Below are positions 58,106 to 64,000 of a stretch of DNA of 64,000 nucleotides, one piece after another (positions within the stretch are counted from its first letter, which is position 1; every line of letters begins with the position of its first letter). The notes beneath the pieces were generated by a model, which saw nothing but the letters and a program-made list of their open reading frames with translations, ran no database searches and was not told where the DNA came from. The stretch is from Candidatus Eiseniibacteriota bacterium (GTDB taxonomy: Bacteria > Eisenbacteria > RBG-16-71-46): contig OY970178.1 of assembly GCA_963707915.1 (NCBI GenBank), positions 800,001 through 864,000 of the forward strand, written 5' to 3'. The translations under genes were made by a program, and so were the position numbers.

Positions 58106-60548
58106 CGACGGGTTCCGGCTCGCTCGCGTAGAGGCAGCCGGGCTTCACGCAGCGCAACGTGCGCCCCTTGCGCGAGAGCTTCTCGGTCAGGAAGGGGGTG
58201 CCGCACTTCGGGCAGGGCCCGGCGACCGGCTTGTCCCAGAACGCGAATCGGCACTTCGGGAAGCGATTGCAGCTGTAGAACACCTTGCCGCGCTTGCTGC
58301 GCCGCTCGGCGATCTCGCCTTCGCCGCACTCGGGGCACGGGATGCCCAGCGTGGGCTTGCGGGTGTAGTCGCACTCCGGCCGGCGGACACAGGAGATGTA
58401 GCGGCCGAACGGCCCCGTGCGCTCCACCAGGCCCGCGCCGCACTGCGGGCAGGTCCCCGCCACCGGCACCGGCGGCTCGGGCGGCTCGAGCGGCTCGGTG
58501 TACTTGCACTTGGGGTAGCCCGAGCAGGCGCGGTAGGCGCCGCGCCGGTTGAAGCGCATGCGCAGCGGCTTGCCGCACTCGGGGCAGGACTTGTCGGTGA
58601 GCTCGCCGCCGGTCGACGGCGCCTTGCCCGAGCGTTCGAGGTCGAGCACCAGGGGCTCCCAGACGTCGCGCACCACCTGGTGCCACTCCTGGCGGCCCTC
58701 CTCGACCTCGTCGAGCTCGTCCTCCATTCGCGAGGTGAACGCCACGCTGAAGATGTCCGGGAAGCTCTCCACCAGCGCGCGGTTCACCGCCATGCCGAGG
58801 TCGCTCGGCACCAGCCGGCCCTTCTCGCGCGCCACGTACTCGCGCGAGGTGATGGTGCCGACGATCGTGGCGTAGGTGCTCGGCCGGCCGATGTCCTCCT
58901 CCTCGAGCGCCTTCACCAGCGAGGCCTCGCTGTAGCGCGGCGGCGGCTGCGTGAAGTGCTGCTCGGGCCGCACCGGCACGGCGTCGGCGCGGATCGCCTC
59001 GCGCGCGACCGCGAGGTCGAGCCCGGCCGAGAGCTCGGGCAGGCTCGAGCCGTTCTCCTCGTCCTCCTCGTCGAGCCCGTAGAGCTTCTGGAAGCCCGCG
59101 AACTTGAGCACCCGCCCGGTGGCCCGGAGCCCCAGCCGCCCGGAGACGATCTCGGCGGTCGTCGCCAGGTACTCGGCGGAGGCGGCCTGCGAGGCCACCG
59201 CCCGCTTCCAGATCAGGTCGTAGAGCCGGTACTGCTCCTCGCTCAGCTCGCCGCGCAACGATTCGGGCGTGCGCTCGACCGCGGTCGGGCGGATGGCCTC
59301 GTGCGCGTCCTGGGCGCCCTTCTTGCCGCGGAACTGCCGCGGGCTCCCGGGCACGTAGTCCGGTCCGAGGGCCCGCTTCAGCCACTCGCGCATCTCGCCG
59401 ATCGCCTCGCCCGCGAGGCGCGGCGAGTCGGTGCGCATGTAGGTGATGAGGCCCACGCCCGCCACGCCTTCGTAGAGCTGCTGCGCGATCTTCATGGTGC
59501 GCTGGGCGGTGAACCCCAGCCGGTTGAAGGCGGTCTGCTGGAGCGTGCTGGTGATGAACGGCGCGCGCGGGTGCACCTGGCGCGGCTGGGTCTCGACCGT
59601 CTCGACGCGCGCCGGCGCGCCGGCCAGCTCCACCGCCAGCGCCTGCATCCGCTCGCCCGCGTCGGCCCCGCGCAACTGCTGTTGCTCGAGCTCCTCCTCC
59701 CCCACGCGCACCAGCCGCGCGGTGAAGCGGGCGCCCTCCGGCGTCTGGAAGTCGGCCTCGAGCGTCCAGTACTCCTCGGGCCGGAAGGCGCGGATCTCCG
59801 CCTCGCGCTCGCAGACCAGCCGCAGCGCGACGCTCTGCACCCGCCCGGCGCTCAGGCCGAAGTAGAAGCGCTTCCACAGGAACGGGCTCACCTTGTAGCC
59901 CACCAGCCGGTCGAGCACGCGCCGCGCCTGCTGCGCGTTCACCAGGTTCAGGTCGATGGCGCGCGACTCGTTCAGCGCCTGCTTCACGGCCCGTTCGGTG
60001 ATCTCGTTGAAGGTGAGCCGCTCGACCGTGCCGGTCACCGACTTGAGCGCGTTGGCGAGGTGCCAGGCGATGGCCTCGCCCTCGCGGTCCGGGTCGGGCG
60101 CGAGGTAGATCCGGGTCGCGGCCCGCGCCGCGGAACGGATCTTCGCAAGCACCTTCGCCTTGGAGGGCAGCGGGACATACGTGGGCTCGAAGTCGTTGTC
60201 GACGTCGACGCCGAGGTCGCGCTTCGGCAGGTCCATGATGTGACCGTTCGAGGCCAGCACCGTGAACCCGCGACCCAGGAACTTGGTGAGCGTGCGGCTC
60301 TTGGTCGGGGACTCGACGATGACCAGCGCCCTGCCGGCGCCGCGCGCCTGCCCGCCGTCCGGCTCCGGCGCGGCCACCCGGGTGGCACCGGCCTTCGCCC
60401 GCGGCCGCCGGGCGGCCGGCGCGGCCGGCGCGGCGCTGCGGCTCTTCGCCGCGGAGCGCGGCTTCCTCGCCGGTGCCGCGGCGCTGCCGTCCGCCGCGGC
60501 GGCGGGCCGCTTCGTCACCTTCCTAGTGCGCGACGTCGAGGTCGCCAT
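58098..60548 (-). CDS. topA: DNA topoisomerase I
   Basis: Motifs IVESPTK, DPDREGE, SAGRVQS, ITYMRTDS, GRPSTYA and C-terminal zinc ribbons. Confidence 0.97.
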   Translation of the reverse strand: MATSTSRTRKVTKRPAAAADGSAAAPARKPRSAAKSRSAAPAAPAARRPRAKAGATRVAAPEPDGGQARGAGRALVIVESPTKSRTLTKFLGRGFTVLASNGHIMDLPKRDLGVDVDNDFEPTYVPLPSKAKVLAKIRSAARAATRIYLAPDPDREGEAIAWHLANALKSVTGTVERLTFNEITERAVKQALNESRAIDLNLVNAQQARRVLDRLVGYKVSPFLWKRFYFGLSAGRVQSVALRLVCEREAEIRAFRPEEYWTLEADFQTPEGARFTARLVRVGEEELEQQQLRGADAGERMQALAVELAGAPARVETVETQPRQVHPRAPFITSTLQQTAFNRLGFTAQRTMKIAQQLYEGVAGVGLITYMRTDSPRLAGEAIGEMREWLKRALGPDYVPGSPRQFRGKKGAQDAHEAIRPTAVERTPESLRGELSEEQYRLYDLIWKRAVASQAASAEYLATTAEIVSGRLGLRATGRVLKFAGFQKLYGLDEEDEENGSSLPELSAGLDLAVAREAIRADAVPVRPEQHFTQPPPRYSEASLVKALEEEDIGRPSTYATIVGTITSREYVAREKGRLVPSDLGMAVNRALVESFPDIFSVAFTSRMEDELDEVEEGRQEWHQVVRDVWEPLVLDLERSGKAPSTGGELTDKSCPECGKPLRMRFNRRGAYRACSGYPKCKYTEPLEPPEPPVPVAGTCPQCGAGLVERTGPFGRYISCVRRPECDYTRKPTLGIPCPECGEGEIAERRSKRGKVFYSCNRFPKCRFAFWDKPVAGPCPKCGTPFLTEKLSRKGRTLRCVKPGCLYASEPEPVGA

Positions 60549-61022
60549 ACGGCATCTCGCTGGAGGTCTCGGAGTCCAGCTCCAGCACCACGCTGGCAGC
60601 CGCCTCTCGGGCCATCGCCAGGCTCACCGGGTGCATGCCGCTGCCCGCGAGCAGGTCCACCACGCGCTCGAACTGCCCCGCGTCCAGCGTGCCGCTGCCC
60701 CGCAGCCCGAGCAGGTAGCCCCACGCGTCGGTGCCGAGCGACTCGCGTTCCTCGGCGCTCAGCACCCGCAGGACCTGCCCCGCGGGCGCGGCGACCTCCG
60801 TCGCGAGCAGGTCGGCGGCCGCCGGGGCGCCGCTCCACGACGTGTACTCGAGCGAACGCAGCACCCATGCCGCCGCGGCCATGTCGTCGGCCGCCAGCGC
60901 GGGATCCTGCAGCGCCGCCACCAGCGCGTCGAGCGCCAGCGCGTCGCCCTCGGCGTGGCGCTCCAGCTGCTCCGCCAGGGTCGCCAGGAGCTGGCGCACC
61001 CGCGCGGTCGGCCGTTCCTCGC

Positions 61023-61026
<4 letters not shown>
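60523..61026 (-). CDS. smg: Smg / DUF494 family protein
   Basis: [22 protein letters not shown]...QFERVV; upstream of topA as usual. Confidence 0.75.

Positions 61027-64000
<2,974 letters not shown>

Overview
Very GC-rich (about 70-75% by eye) chromosomal core region of a diderm bacterium. An FCB-group candidate lineage such as Ca. Eisenbacteria is suggested, but this is inference only. Genes from 1 to 38.5 kb run almost entirely on + (aroC, aroF, tRNA-Val, thrS, infC-rpmI-rplT-pheST, zapB/zapA, 6S RNA, rny, a ymdB-folD fusion, xseAB, ispA, dxs, nadK, recN, trpE/G/D, tRNA-Arg, a menG-like gene, a GGDEF gene, sugar-modification genes, a sigma54 two-component system, lptE, holA, leuS). Genes from 38.7 to 64 kb run mostly on - (secA, smg, topA, xerC, dapFAB, uvrC, xerD, beta-CASP/SNF2/YqhG-like genes, GH57, fluoride riboswitch-crcB). 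The two blocks converge on a 28-bp XerCD dif-like site at 38605-38632, the probable replication terminus. The main observations are: a TrpE/TrpG pair with intact ORFs but replaced catalytic residues (TrpG triad C>G, H>A, E>Q) coupled to an intact TrpD; a beta-CASP nuclease + Tudor-SNF2 ATPase + YqhG-like Zn-finger module downstream of uvrC-xerD; a tRNA-Thr anticodon-mimic hairpin ahead of thrS; an L20-leader attenuator; and a secreted Cys-rich protein ending in TWGQIKALYR. Five +1 frameshifts (xseA, xseB, uvrC, secA x2) are probably assembly artefacts. No CRISPR array, prophage or IS element was seen.
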